DNA of 64,000 nt from Chthonomonadales bacterium (GTDB lineage Bacteria > Armatimonadota > Chthonomonadetes > Chthonomonadales > CAJBBX01), in contig JBBIPC010000001.1 in assembly GCA_037443035.1 (NCBI GenBank), forward strand, positions 32,001 to 96,000, given 5' to 3'. The notes under the pieces were generated by a model. It did no database searches, was not told the DNA's origin, and saw only the letters and a program-made list of their open reading frames with translations. The position numbers and the translations under genes were made by a program. Shown here in pieces: positions 39,245 to 49,756 of this stretch (position 1 is the first letter of the stretch; every line of letters begins with the position of its first letter).

Positions 39245-39550
39245 ATGGACTCCCTCATGTCCGATCTGTACGTCTTCCTGCTGGCGACCTTCCTGGGATT
39301 CGAGGTCATACGCCGCGTAACGCCATTGCTTCACACACCTCTGATGTCCTTGACGAACGCAATATCCGCTATCTCGCTCGTAGGGTCCATTGTCATCCTC
39401 GGGGAGCAGCGCACCACACTCACAACGATTCTCGGTGCAGTGGCCGTGACGGCGTCCATGATCAACGTCGTCAGCGGTTTCCTTATCACGGACCGCATGT
39501 TGCGCATGTTCAAGACAAGGGCGCCGCAGGGCAAGGGGAAGGGTGCGTGA
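39245..39550 (+). CDS. pntA: NAD(P) transhydrogenase alpha subunit, part 2 (membrane)
   Basis: LHTPLMSLTNAIS, GFLITDRML.MF. Confidence 0.95.
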   Translation: MDSLMSDLYVFLLATFLGFEVIRRVTPLLHTPLMSLTNAISAISLVGSIVILGEQRTTLTTILGAVAVTASMINVVSGFLITDRMLRMFKTRAPQGKGKGA

Positions 39551-40980
39551 TGCCGCACGGAGCTGAGACACTGGCGAGCGTGAACTGGCAGCAGGTTCTC
39601 ACCCAGACCTCCTACCTGATCGCTGCTGCGCTATTCATCCTGTCGTTGAAGTGGCTGAGCGCCCCGACAACTGCGCGACGCGGCGTTATCGCGGGCGAGG
39701 TCGGCATGCTACTGGCCATTGCCGGAACGCTGCTGCTGCCCGATATCCAGGCATTCCACTGGATTCTGCTCACATTCTTCATCGGGGCGGCAGTGGGAAT
39801 CCCTATCGCAGTTCTCATGCCCATGACAGCCGTGCCGCAGCGAACCGCGCTGTCACACTCGTTCGGTGGCCTGGCTGTCGGGTTAGTGGGCACTGCAAAG
39901 TACTACCTTTGGACCGCGGAGGAGCCAGGACGACTCACGCATTTCACCATGGGAGTCCTGGCGTTCGAGACGATCCTGGGATACCTGACGTTCACGGGAA
40001 GTCTGATGGCATTCGGCAAGCTACAGGGGTTGCTGCCGTCTCGTCCGATTACGTACCGCGGTCAGAACTTCGTGAACCTCGGTGTTCTTGCCGTGGCGCT
40101 AGCGATCGCCGTCTACCTCAATATCGAACCGACCCAGACGCGCCTGTTTCCCATAGTCATCGTGCTGGCGCTAGCCTTCGGCACCATGCTGATCATCCCC
40201 ATCGGCGGTGCGGACATGCCGACGGTCATCTCCTTGCTCAACTCCTATGCGGGCTTGAGCGCATCCGCCATGGGTTTCGTGCTGGAAAACAAGCTCCTGA
40301 TCATCGCGGGCGCTCTGGATGGTTCCTCCGGCTTCATCCTTTCCATCATCATGTGCCGGGCCATGAACCGATCCTTCACCAACGTGTTGTTTGGGGCGTT
40401 CGGTGCTGTGCAACAGACCGGCGGCGGCGACAAGGATGAGCGCACTGTTCGTTCTGCGCAACCCGAGGAGGCGGCGGCTATCTTGACGGCTGCGCAGTCG
40501 GTGGTCATTGTGCCAGGATACGGTCTGGCTGTGGCTCAGGCCCAGCACAAGGTGCGGGAGCTCTATGATCAGCTCACACGGCGGGGCATCGATGTGAAGT
40601 TCGGCATTCACCCTGTCGCCGGTCGGATGCCGGGACACATGAACGTCCTGCTTGCGGAAGCGGATATCCCCTACGACAGTCTCTTCGAGATGGAGGAGAT
40701 CAACTCGGAACTACCGCACACCGACGTAGCTCTGGTCATTGGGGCCAACGACGTCACCAATCCCGCAGCGCGAACTGACAAGTCGAGTCCAATCTACGGG
40801 ATGCCAATCATTGACGTGGACAAGGCACGCACGGTCATGGTGATCAAGCGCAGCATGAGTGCTGGATTCGCCGGTATCGAGAATGAGCTCTATTATATGG
40901 ACAAGACGCTCATGCTGTTTGGTGACGCCAAAGCCTTCGTAGCGGAGATGGTCAAGGCCATCGCGTCCGAGGGACACTGA
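39547..40980 (+). CDS. pntB: NAD(P) transhydrogenase beta subunit
   Basis: IGGADMP, LLNSY.G, MCRAMNRS, PGYGLA, HPVAGRMPGHMNV, GAND, KRSM. Confidence 0.97.
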   Translation: MMPHGAETLASVNWQQVLTQTSYLIAAALFILSLKWLSAPTTARRGVIAGEVGMLLAIAGTLLLPDIQAFHWILLTFFIGAAVGIPIAVLMPMTAVPQRTALSHSFGGLAVGLVGTAKYYLWTAEEPGRLTHFTMGVLAFETILGYLTFTGSLMAFGKLQGLLPSRPITYRGQNFVNLGVLAVALAIAVYLNIEPTQTRLFPIVIVLALAFGTMLIIPIGGADMPTVISLLNSYAGLSASAMGFVLENKLLIIAGALDGSSGFILSIIMCRAMNRSFTNVLFGAFGAVQQTGGGDKDERTVRSAQPEEAAAILTAAQSVVIVPGYGLAVAQAQHKVRELYDQLTRRGIDVKFGIHPVAGRMPGHMNVLLAEADIPYDSLFEMEEINSELPHTDVALVIGANDVTNPAARTDKSSPIYGMPIIDVDKARTVMVIKRSMSAGFAGIENELYYMDKTLMLFGDAKAFVAEMVKAIASEGH

Positions 40981-40985
40981 CCTAC

Positions 40986-41024
40986 TGGCGCCCGGAGGTG
41001 CGAAGATGATGTTTCCGGGCGCCA
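40986..41024. terminator. hairpin between convergent pntB and lon
   Basis: TGGCGCCCGGA...TCCGGGCGCCA 11-bp inverted repeat. Confidence 0.55.
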
Positions 41025-41039
41025 AGCCTACCCTGCGCC

Positions 41040-43454
41040 TTACTTGGCGGGCTCGAGGGCGAGCCGCAGAACCTCCGAGACGTCGGACACCGGTACAACT
41101 TTCAGCGCTGCACGTACGTCCGCGGGCACATCCTCCGTGAGATCCTTGAGGTTGCGCTTGGGGAGGATAACCGTGCGGATCCCAGCTCGGTGCGCTGCCA
41201 GGACCTTCTCCTTGACGCCCCCAACCGGTAGAACCTTGCCACTGAGTGTGATCTCCCCGGTCATAGCGAGACGAGAACGCACAGGCCTACTCGTGAACAG
41301 GCTGGCGAGCGCCGTCGCGATGGTGACACCTGCCGAAGGACCGTCCTTCGGGGTGGCGCCGGCTGGGACATGAATGTGGATATCATGAGATGCGTAGAAG
41401 TCCGGTGACGCGTCGAGGTCGGAGATGTGGGCACGCACGTAGGACAATGCGGCCTGGGCCGATTCCTGCATGACCTCCCCGAGCTGACCGGTAATAGTAA
41501 GCTGGGACGACCGGCTTGGGGGGACCGGCATGGCGGTCGCTTCGATGAAAACAATATCCCCGCCGACCGGCGTCCAGACGAGGCCGATGGCCACACCTGG
41601 GATGGACACGCGCTCGTCCAATTCTTCGCGTTCGTACCTTGGCACACCAAGGAACTGCTGGATCTGTTTGGGGCCGACGGTCATCCGGCGCCGCTTGCCT
41701 TCCGCGAAAGCGCGCGTTACCTTGCGGCATACGGTGGCGATGGCCCGCTCCAAGTTCCGGACGCCGGCTTCACGCGTATGATTGCGGATGATGGCGAGTA
41801 TTGCCTCTGGGGTTAGGGTCAGGCGACCTGCAATACCGTGTTCTGCCATCTGCTTTGGTATCAGGTAGCGAAGGGCGATTTGCACCTTTTCCTCTTCCGT
41901 GTAGCCGGGTAACTCGATGACCTCCATGCGGTCCCGGAGCGGCGGCAAGATGGTGTCCAGCATGTTCGCAGTCGTGATGAAGAGAACCTTACTGAGGTCG
42001 AACGGTACCTCGAGGTAGTGATCCCGGAACGAGAAGTTCTGCTCTGGGTCTAGGACTTCTAGCAGAGCCGAGGAGGGATCGCCACGGAAATCCGCCGTAA
42101 CCTTGTCGATCTCGTCCAGCATGAAGATGGGGTTATTGCTGCCAGCGCGGCGGATGCCCTGGATGATCTGGCCTGGCAGTGCGCCGACGTACGTGCGGCG
42201 GTGCCCCCGGATCTCCGCTTCGTCTCGAACGCCTCCCAAAGAGATGCGCACGAACTTCCTCCCCAGCGCACGGGCGATGGAACGGCCGAGGGATGTCTTG
42301 CCTACGCCTGGCGGACCTGCGAAGCAAAGGATGGGCTGCCTGAGTTCACCGCTCTTCTTGAACTTCCGGACCGCTAGAAACTCCAGAATCCTCTCTTTGA
42401 CCTTCTCCAAGCCATAGTGGTCTTCGTCGAGTATCGTCTTGACTTCGGCAAGGTCAAGGTTGTCCTCAGTCGCTGTTGCCCACGGAAGAGCGATAAGCCA
42501 GTCGATGTACGTTCTGGACACTGTGTATTCTGGCGCTGCCGTAGGCATGCGCGACAGCCGCTCCAGTTCGCGCTTTGCCTCACGCATGGCTTCTTCTGGC
42601 ATGCCCGAGGCATCGATCTTCTGCGCAAGCTCTTCGATCTCGCGCGTGCGTTCGTCGCCCTCACCGAGCTCCTTCTGAATCGCTTTGAGCTGCTCGCGCA
42701 AGTAGAACTCACGCTGAGCACGACCCAGCTTCGACGCGACGTCTGAGTGGAGCTTGCTGCCAAGTTCGAGTACCTGCACTTCGCGGGCGAGGAAGGCGAT
42801 GAGCTTCTGCATGCGCTCGAGCACAGGTATGGTCTCCAACACCTGCTGCCGCTCTTGTGTCGAAAGCTTGGGAATGTGCGCAGCGACGAGATCCGTAAGA
42901 ACCCCGGGATCCTGAACGCTGTTCACTAGTCCTTGCAGCTCGTCGGGTAGTTCCGGTGACAAGGCCACAGCCTTCTGAAACAGGGCTGCGATGCTGCGCT
43001 TGGCAGCCTCGACTTCCATTCCCTGCTCGTCAGGGATGCTAGCTTCGGGAATAGCGCGGACGCGAACACGCATGTATGGTTCTATCTGCAAGGCCTCAAC
43101 GACCTCGATGCGCGTGATGCCCTGGACAATGAGTCGGACCCCATCAGGAACCTGCATCATCATCCGGATGATCACGGCGACCCCGATCGAGTAGATATCG
43201 TCCAACGTCGGCTTCTCGACCCTCTCATCCTTCATGGTGAAGCAGGCGATGATGCGGTTGCCACCGACGACGGTCTCGTTCACCATGCGCACGGAGCTCT
43301 CCCGCCCAACGCTCAGGGGCGAGACGAGCACAGGGAACATGACGTAATCACGCAGTGGCAGGACGTTGAGGACCTCGGGCACGGGAATGCGGGTTACGTT
43401 CAGGCTCTGCTGATCTTCATCGTGCTCAGCGATATGGATCTCGTCGGCGCTCAT
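41040..43454 (-). CDS. lon: ATP-dependent protease La
   Basis: LON N domain, [27 protein letters not shown]. Confidence 0.97.
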   Translation of the reverse strand: MSADEIHIAEHDEDQQSLNVTRIPVPEVLNVLPLRDYVMFPVLVSPLSVGRESSVRMVNETVVGGNRIIACFTMKDERVEKPTLDDIYSIGVAVIIRMMMQVPDGVRLIVQGITRIEVVEALQIEPYMRVRVRAIPEASIPDEQGMEVEAAKRSIAALFQKAVALSPELPDELQGLVNSVQDPGVLTDLVAAHIPKLSTQERQQVLETIPVLERMQKLIAFLAREVQVLELGSKLHSDVASKLGRAQREFYLREQLKAIQKELGEGDERTREIEELAQKIDASGMPEEAMREAKRELERLSRMPTAAPEYTVSRTYIDWLIALPWATATEDNLDLAEVKTILDEDHYGLEKVKERILEFLAVRKFKKSGELRQPILCFAGPPGVGKTSLGRSIARALGRKFVRISLGGVRDEAEIRGHRRTYVGALPGQIIQGIRRAGSNNPIFMLDEIDKVTADFRGDPSSALLEVLDPEQNFSFRDHYLEVPFDLSKVLFITTANMLDTILPPLRDRMEVIELPGYTEEEKVQIALRYLIPKQMAEHGIAGRLTLTPEAILAIIRNHTREAGVRNLERAIATVCRKVTRAFAEGKRRRMTVGPKQIQQFLGVPRYEREELDERVSIPGVAIGLVWTPVGGDIVFIEATAMPVPPSRSSQLTITGQLGEVMQESAQAALSYVRAHISDLDASPDFYASHDIHIHVPAGATPKDGPSAGVTIATALASLFTSRPVRSRLAMTGEITLSGKVLPVGGVKEKVLAAHRAGIRTVILPKRNLKDLTEDVPADVRAALKVVPVSDVSEVLRLALEPAK

Positions 43455-43918
43455 CAGGGCTCGTTTCCCGTGTTCACAGATATTCGGTGTAGTGACCGCT
43501 TGGGAAGCGTTACCTCCAGCATCCCATCGGAATACCGTGCCTTGAGTTCGTCGCGGCGGAACCGCATTCCCGCCGGTAGCCGCACTTGGGCTTCGAACGG
43601 TCCAAAGTAGATCTCCAGGCGATGACAGCGTGTCCGCGCCGCGCGTTCCGTTTCGCTCTCTCGCCGCTCACCGCTAACAGTGAGATGCCTGTCGTTACCA
43701 GAGAGGCTGACTTTCAGTGTCGAGCTATCGACGCCCGCAAGCTCCATCTTGACGATCACTGCGTCGTCCGTCTCGTAGACATCCACCCGTGGCTGCCAGA
43801 ATCTGTCCGGCGGGGGCTCACCGATGAGAAACGCCCGCATGGCCTCGTCTGCTAGGCGCTGCATTTCGCTTTCGACGCGGCGAATGATATCAACGTCTCG
43901 ATCCATGGTGTAGTCCAT
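43454..43918 (-). CDS. Hsp20/alpha-crystallin small heat shock protein
   Basis: W.P.VDVYET, ELAGV, VSGER, FGPF, A.Y.DG.L.V.LPK. Confidence 0.93.
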   Translation of the reverse strand: MDYTMDRDVDIIRRVESEMQRLADEAMRAFLIGEPPPDRFWQPRVDVYETDDAVIVKMELAGVDSSTLKVSLSGNDRHLTVSGERRESETERAARTRCHRLEIYFGPFEAQVRLPAGMRFRRDELKARYSDGMLEVTLPKRSLHRISVNTGNEP

Positions 43919-44043
43919 TGGCGGATTACCTCGGGTACATACCGAATGAGGGCCGCGGCAGAGAGAATGCTAGGATCCAGCGGGTATCTCGCCGAGCGAC
44001 TCAGAACCTATAATAGAACAGATTACCCAGAAGGACGAGCACC

Positions 44044-46602
44044 ATGCCCTCCACCCTGCACGTCGTTTCGCACACGCACTGGGACCGCGAATGGTACCTG
44101 CCGTTCGAGGCGTTCCGACTGCGCCTCGTCGACCTCATAGACCATCTGCTGGAAATCCTCGACTCGGATCCGACCTTTCACCATTTCAGTCTGGACGCTC
44201 AGACCATTGTCCTGGAAGATTACCTGGCCATACGTCCCGAAGCGCGCGATCGGCTGGCCCGCCACATCGAGCAGGGACGCATCGCTGTAGGCCCGTGGTA
44301 TCAACTGAACGATGAGTTTCTAGTCAGCGGAGAGGCAACGGTCCGCAGTCTACTGCTCGGTCACCGGATCGCTAAGGCCTTTGGTGGCTGCATGAAGGTC
44401 GGCTACCTTCCCGATCAGTTCGGCAACATCTCCCAGATGCCTCAGATCCTCCGTGGTTTCGGTATCGACAACGCGATCATGGGGCGTGGACGGCAGCTCG
44501 CCGGCGATAGGAAGATGGAGTTCTGGTGGGAATCGCCGGATGGCTCGAGAGTGCTGTCGTCGCTCATGGCGTACTGGTACAACAATGCTCAGTATATACC
44601 GACTGACAAGGACGACGCTGTTGCGTTCTTCGAGCACCTTCGCGATATCATGCGGAATCGGTCCGCGGCAAGCCACCTGCTGCTGATGAACGGTGTGGAT
44701 CATCTCGAGGCGGAGCCCTGGGTGGGGAGCGTAATCGCGGAAGTGGGGCCGGTGCTGCACGAGCGGAGTGGAGATCAGCTCGTGCACAGCTCCTTGACTG
44801 CGTACGTGGATGCTCTTCGGACAGAGGTGCAGGAGCGAAGTCTTGAGCTGGAGACGGTTGTCGGGGAGTTGCGCGAGGATCGTGGCGGTGCATGTCTCGC
44901 AGGAACGCTGTCCACCCGTGTCTATCTGAAGCAAGTTAACGACGAAGCCCAGACCGAGGTCGAGCGGTACGCGGAGCCTCTGTCGGCTTTCGCCTGGATA
45001 CATGGCAGTCCATACCCAGCGGGCCAGCTTCGCTACGCTTGGAAGCTGCTCATGCAGAACCACCCTCATGACTCCATCTGTGGCTGTAGTGTGGACGACG
45101 TGCACGACGAGATGATGACGCGCTTCCGCTGCGTGAGACAGGTGGCGAGCGCAGTCGTGGGTCGGGCGACGGACCACTTGACTGGAAGAGACCGGACTAC
45201 GGGCGCAGTAGCCTTGCCTTGCGAACTGTACGTGTTCAATCCGTTGAACTGGGAACGGACGGATCCCGTCCGAGTAGTCTTGGAGCTGCCCCTGGGACCA
45301 CCATCGCGCGGCAGTGCTCAGCGGTCTGCTGACGCGGTCATTCGCGGGTTGCGCATCACCGATCCAGACGGTGAGGAAGTCCCCTACGAGGTCACCGCGA
45401 ATGAGACCGTGATCACCATGGTGACGAATCCACTCGAACTCCCGCTGGAGCAATGGGTGCAACGGATCGCCGTCCAGTTCGTAGCGACGAAAGTCCCCGC
45501 CTGCGGCTATGCGATCTACCGTGTGGAACCGGCGGATGGATGGTACACGCAGGACGCGGCATGGGTTAGAGAGGAGGACAGTGTTGCTGCCCCCGACCTG
45601 GAAGACGGTGGGGATGCTGGCGATGAATACCTCTACCGGCCTCCGTTGAAGGACGTCACAGTCAGGCTTAGTCTGGCTTGCGAGCCGGACTGGGGGCTAC
45701 AGGCAAGCGCTGTGCGACGCACGCGGATCGTCAGATCGCGTCTCCTGCTACCTGAGCGGTCGGATGCCAGCCAGCGGTCGGAAAACTTGGTCGAGTGTCC
45801 TGTGCGTCTGGAGATCACGAACTGGCGTGATCTGGAGCGCGTCGAGTTGCGGCTCGAGATGGACAATCGTGCCACAGACCATCGGCTGCGGAGCGTGTTT
45901 TGGGTCGGTGGCGGATCCAAGGTCGTGGCAGGAGGCCAGTTCGATGCGATCGTGCGGCCGGCGCGGCCGGAGCATGTCGCCGAGGGAGCGTCCCCGTTCT
46001 ATCCCATGTCACTATGGGTAGATACCGTGGAGCGGCGATCCGGGAAGGGGCTTACGGTGATCGCTCCTGGGATCCATGAATTCGAAGCGTACACGGACGC
46101 GACTGGCGCGATTTGCGAGATCGCCCTCACGCTGCTCCGGTGCGTGGGCCAGCTCAGCGGCCGCGGCGATGGACCGGGCGTCTCCACTCCAGGTGCCCAA
46201 TGTCTCGGCAAACAGGCTTTCTCGATGGCAGTCTGGGAACATGAGCACGATTGGCAAGAGGACGAGGTCTGGAAACAGGCGCACCAGTTTGCGGTGCCTC
46301 TGCTGGCAGTGCAAGCTCCAGCCTCTGTTGCCAAACCGCGTCGTGCCAGCTACCTCCAGGTAACGCCGGCTTCACTCATTGTGAGTGCGGTGAAAAAAGC
46401 GGAAGACAGGGACGGACTGATCGTCCGCTTCTACAATACTACGGAAGCACTAGTTGAGACGGGGCAGGTGAGCGTGCCACCAGCCCAGCGCTGGCGCCGG
46501 GTCAACCTGAACGAGGATGTGCTTGAGGGCTGGCACGAGGGCGACACAGCCCAGCTTCGCGTGCGCCCCAAGGAAATCGTGACGTTGGAGTTCGGCTTGT
46601 GA
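44044..46602 (+). CDS. GH38 alpha-mannosidase / mannosylglycerate hydrolase-like
   Basis: SHTHWDREWY, GPWY, GYLPDQFG, NGVDH, NHPHDSICGCSVD, TLLR, KKAED. Confidence 0.92.
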   Translation: MPSTLHVVSHTHWDREWYLPFEAFRLRLVDLIDHLLEILDSDPTFHHFSLDAQTIVLEDYLAIRPEARDRLARHIEQGRIAVGPWYQLNDEFLVSGEATVRSLLLGHRIAKAFGGCMKVGYLPDQFGNISQMPQILRGFGIDNAIMGRGRQLAGDRKMEFWWESPDGSRVLSSLMAYWYNNAQYIPTDKDDAVAFFEHLRDIMRNRSAASHLLLMNGVDHLEAEPWVGSVIAEVGPVLHERSGDQLVHSSLTAYVDALRTEVQERSLELETVVGELREDRGGACLAGTLSTRVYLKQVNDEAQTEVERYAEPLSAFAWIHGSPYPAGQLRYAWKLLMQNHPHDSICGCSVDDVHDEMMTRFRCVRQVASAVVGRATDHLTGRDRTTGAVALPCELYVFNPLNWERTDPVRVVLELPLGPPSRGSAQRSADAVIRGLRITDPDGEEVPYEVTANETVITMVTNPLELPLEQWVQRIAVQFVATKVPACGYAIYRVEPADGWYTQDAAWVREEDSVAAPDLEDGGDAGDEYLYRPPLKDVTVRLSLACEPDWGLQASAVRRTRIVRSRLLLPERSDASQRSENLVECPVRLEITNWRDLERVELRLEMDNRATDHRLRSVFWVGGGSKVVAGGQFDAIVRPARPEHVAEGASPFYPMSLWVDTVERRSGKGLTVIAPGIHEFEAYTDATGAICEIALTLLRCVGQLSGRGDGPGVSTPGAQCLGKQAFSMAVWEHEHDWQEDEVWKQAHQFAVPLLAVQAPASVAKPRRASYLQVTPASLIVSAVKKAEDRDGLIVRFYNTTEALVETGQVSVPPAQRWRRVNLNEDVLEGWHEGDTAQLRVRPKEIVTLEFGL

Positions 46603-47834
46603 GCATCCGGATCACCGAGGTTAGGGTCGTTGTCACGTGCCCGGGACGCAACTACGTCTTCGTCAAGGTCCTGACGAGCGAGCCAGGCCTACATGGGGTA
46701 GGAGATGCCACCCTGAACGGGCGGGAGCTAGCAGTCGCTACGGCGTTGCGCGATCACATAGCGCCGCTCCTAATTGGGAAGGACCCTGATCGAATCGAAG
46801 ACACATGGCAAGAACTCTATCGTGGAACCTACTGGCGTGGCGGACCTGTACTGATGACGGCACTGGCTGGCATAGACCTGGCCCTCTGGGACATCAAGGG
46901 TAAGCGCGCCGGGCTGCCGCTCTATTCGCTGCTTGGTGGACGAACGCGCGAAGGGGCGCTTGCGTACACGCACGCAGGTGGTCGCGACAGTAGCGAAGTC
47001 GAGGACGGGATTCGGGCGGCCATGGCGAGGGGATTCAAGGCTGTGCGTGCGCAAGTGGCCGTGCCTCAAGCAAGCGGGACCTACGGAGTTGGCGGACGAA
47101 CCGAGGCCGCCTCGGCAACATGGCCGTCACCCGACGGCGCACCAATGCCGTTTGTCGAGCGCAATTGGGAGCCGTCTGCGTACCTTCAGGTGGTCCCGCG
47201 TCTCTTCGAGGATCTTCGCAGCCGTCTTGGCGAGGACGTACAGCTTCTCCACGATGTGCACGAACGCTTAAGCCCCGTCCAGGCGGCCCGTCTGGCGCGG
47301 GAGCTGGAGCCCTATCACCTGTTCTTTCTCGAGGATCCCTTGCGGCCGGAGCACAAGGAGAGTTTTCGGCTTGTGCGCCATGCATCGTCAACTCCTCTCG
47401 CCATGGGTGAGCTGTTTCATAGCAAGTACGACTGTCTGCCGCTGATCACAGAGCAGCTCATTGACTTCGTGCGATGCGATCTGGGTCACATAGGAGGCAT
47501 CACGGAGGCGCGCAAGATCGCGGCCATCGCGGAACCATACCAGGTCCAGACCGCATGGCACGGTCCAGGAGATGTGGGTCCGCCGACCCATGCGGCTAAC
47601 GTGCATCTGGATTGCAGTGTGCCGAACTTCGGTATACAGGAGATGGTGTTCTTCCCTGACGCGGTGCACGAGATCTGCCCAGGCGCGCCCGAGTTCCGCG
47701 ATGGCTACCTTGTGCCGTCGGAAGCACCTGGTCTCGGGGTGGACCTGGACGAGTCCGCTGCTGCTAAGTACCCGTATCGGCGTGCCTATCTGCCGACTGT
47801 ACGGCGGGCCGACGGCAGTGTGCATGACTGGTAA
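46599..47834 (+). CDS. enolase-superfamily sugar-acid dehydratase (ManD/RspA subgroup)
   Basis: TCPGRNY, GDATLNGRELAV, YWRGGPV, LHDVHERL, EDP, GE, WHGPGD, IQE, terminal DG...DW. Confidence 0.9.
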   Translation: MSIRITEVRVVVTCPGRNYVFVKVLTSEPGLHGVGDATLNGRELAVATALRDHIAPLLIGKDPDRIEDTWQELYRGTYWRGGPVLMTALAGIDLALWDIKGKRAGLPLYSLLGGRTREGALAYTHAGGRDSSEVEDGIRAAMARGFKAVRAQVAVPQASGTYGVGGRTEAASATWPSPDGAPMPFVERNWEPSAYLQVVPRLFEDLRSRLGEDVQLLHDVHERLSPVQAARLARELEPYHLFFLEDPLRPEHKESFRLVRHASSTPLAMGELFHSKYDCLPLITEQLIDFVRCDLGHIGGITEARKIAAIAEPYQVQTAWHGPGDVGPPTHAANVHLDCSVPNFGIQEMVFFPDAVHEICPGAPEFRDGYLVPSEAPGLGVDLDESAAAKYPYRRAYLPTVRRADGSVHDW

Positions 47835-47847
47835 GGGAGCACGGGAT

Positions 47848-48675
47848 ATGCGCATTCTTCTTCTATGCGACATGGAAGGCGTAAGTGGCATCCAATCGTG
47901 GGAGCACGTCGGAGGGAACACACCGCTCTACGAAGAGGGCCGACGGCTCTACACGGAGGAAGTGAATGCCGCAGTCAGAGGCTGTCTCGCCGGAGGTGCG
48001 ACGTCGGTTGTCGCTCATGACGGGCACGGCGGTGCGTATCAGGGCTGCCGCAGCTTCATGAACTGGATACCCGACCGATTGCATCCTGGTGCTGAGTACG
48101 TTCGCGGCTACCGCTGGGCGTGCTATGTCGCGCCCCTGGAGAGTGGGGAATGCGATGCCGTGGCGTTCGTCGGTGCCCATGCTCGAGCCGGGCAAGAGCG
48201 AGGAGTGCTGGCGCATACGATCAGCTCGGAGGCGGGCTACGTTGTGCGACTGAACGGACAGGAGGTCAGTGAATCGTGCATTCTGGCGGCCATAGCAGGT
48301 AGTTTCGGCGTCCCTGCCATCTGCATCTCGGGAGATCAGCTTGCGTGCGATGAGCTCGAAGAGTTCGTGGGCGCACCGATCATCACGGCACCAGTGAAAC
48401 GCGGGCTTGGACCCTTCGGTGCACGGATGTTAGCGCCTTCTGCGGCATGCGCACTCATCGAGAGTCGGTTTCGCGAGGCGGTGGCTGACAGAACGTCATG
48501 GCCGAGGCCGGTTGCAGTTCCCGAGTCGGTGGTCATTAGCGTGCAGGCCGCGGTGCCTGAGCGCATCGGTTCCTTCGCACGCCGCAAGGGCGTTACGGTG
48601 GTGGACGAGCGGACCGTCCAAGCGCGAGGAAGCACGTTCTGGGAGGCGTGGAGTCTGCTGTGGTCCCCAGCGTAG
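47848..48675 (+). CDS. M55 family metallopeptidase (DppA D-aminopeptidase-like)
   Basis: DMEGVSG, EVNAA, DGHG, GAHA.AG, LAHT, SGD, VK. Confidence 0.88.
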   Translation: MRILLLCDMEGVSGIQSWEHVGGNTPLYEEGRRLYTEEVNAAVRGCLAGGATSVVAHDGHGGAYQGCRSFMNWIPDRLHPGAEYVRGYRWACYVAPLESGECDAVAFVGAHARAGQERGVLAHTISSEAGYVVRLNGQEVSESCILAAIAGSFGVPAICISGDQLACDELEEFVGAPIITAPVKRGLGPFGARMLAPSAACALIESRFREAVADRTSWPRPVAVPESVVISVQAAVPERIGSFARRKGVTVVDERTVQARGSTFWEAWSLLWSPA

Positions 48676-48796
48676 CCGTTGTCTCTTGCAGGGAGCCCAT
48701 CGTGCCGACGCGAATCATGCAGATAGGGCGGTGGCCGGAGGAGAATTGCATCGGGAGTCATCGTGCGGACATGCGCGTTTGGGAGAGTGCGGCATC

Positions 48797-49738
48797 ATGA
48801 CTGAGATCACGTGTCTCGGTATTCTGGTTGCAGACTTGTTGGGGAGGCCCATTGACGCTTTGCCGCCGAGGGGACGTCTGGGCCTCGTAGACGAGATGAC
48901 ACTGCACATTGGTGGGTGTGCCTCGAATACGGGCATAGACTTGGCACGGCTGGGGGTTGCAACAGCGGTCCTGGGGAAAGTTGGGGCCGATGGACTGGGA
49001 GACTTTATCGTTCGAACACTGGAGCAGAACCAGGTGGATACGCAGGGAGTGAAACGGGATCCCGCGACTACGACCTCTGCGACCATGGTACTGGTGAGTA
49101 TCGATGGAGAGCGCACGTTCCTGCACCATCTTGGGGGCAACGCTCATTTCACCGAGGACGACGTGGACTGGACAGTGGTCCGCAGCTCGCGAATCCTCCA
49201 CGTAGCCGGTGCTCTTGTCATGCCTGCTCTGGACGGTCAGCCGATGGCGCGGGTGCTCCAGCGGGCGAAATCCCTGGGTCTCATGACATCACTGGACACG
49301 GTCTGGGATGCGACGGGGAAATGGATGCAGACGCTCAGACCGTGTCTGCCTCACACCGACTTCTTCATGCCAAGCTTGAGTGAAGCCATAGAGCTGACCG
49401 GGCTACAAGATCCGAGAGACGTGGCTAGGGCACTTCGAGATGAGGGTGTCGGTACGGTGTGCTTGAAGCTCGGCGAAGAGGGCTGCTATATCCAGACCAG
49501 GGATGCGGAGGTGAGGATGCCCGTCTTCCGTGTGAAGCCAGTGGATGGCACGGGAACCGGCGACGCATGGGATGCCGGTTTTCTGATGGGCGTGCTGCGT
49601 CGCTGGGACATCGAGAGCTCTGCGCGCTTCGCCAACGCGGTCGGAGCATTGTGCGTGACAGCGATCGGCGCAACCGCAGGCATCCGGACCATGGAGGAGA
49701 CCCTGCACTTCATGGAGACAACCCCTATGGCCACGTGA
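48797..49738 (+). CDS. PfkB family carbohydrate kinase
   Basis: GGCA.N, GKVG.D..G, DGERTF, KLG..G, DGTGTGDAW.AGF. Confidence 0.92.
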   Translation: MTEITCLGILVADLLGRPIDALPPRGRLGLVDEMTLHIGGCASNTGIDLARLGVATAVLGKVGADGLGDFIVRTLEQNQVDTQGVKRDPATTTSATMVLVSIDGERTFLHHLGGNAHFTEDDVDWTVVRSSRILHVAGALVMPALDGQPMARVLQRAKSLGLMTSLDTVWDATGKWMQTLRPCLPHTDFFMPSLSEAIELTGLQDPRDVARALRDEGVGTVCLKLGEEGCYIQTRDAEVRMPVFRVKPVDGTGTGDAWDAGFLMGVLRRWDIESSARFANAVGALCVTAIGATAGIRTMEETLHFMETTPMAT

Positions 49739-49756
49739 GGGCCGGTGAGGAAAGCG

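Noticed and set aside
43945..43975. CIRCE element upstream of hsp20-lon
   Set aside because: Only one degenerate half-site (CTAGCATTC); no matching arm at 9-nt spacing
48676..48796. Glycine-riboswitch-like GGAGA words before the PfkB kinase
   Set aside because: The remaining conserved elements (CCGAAG, CTCAGG) are absent
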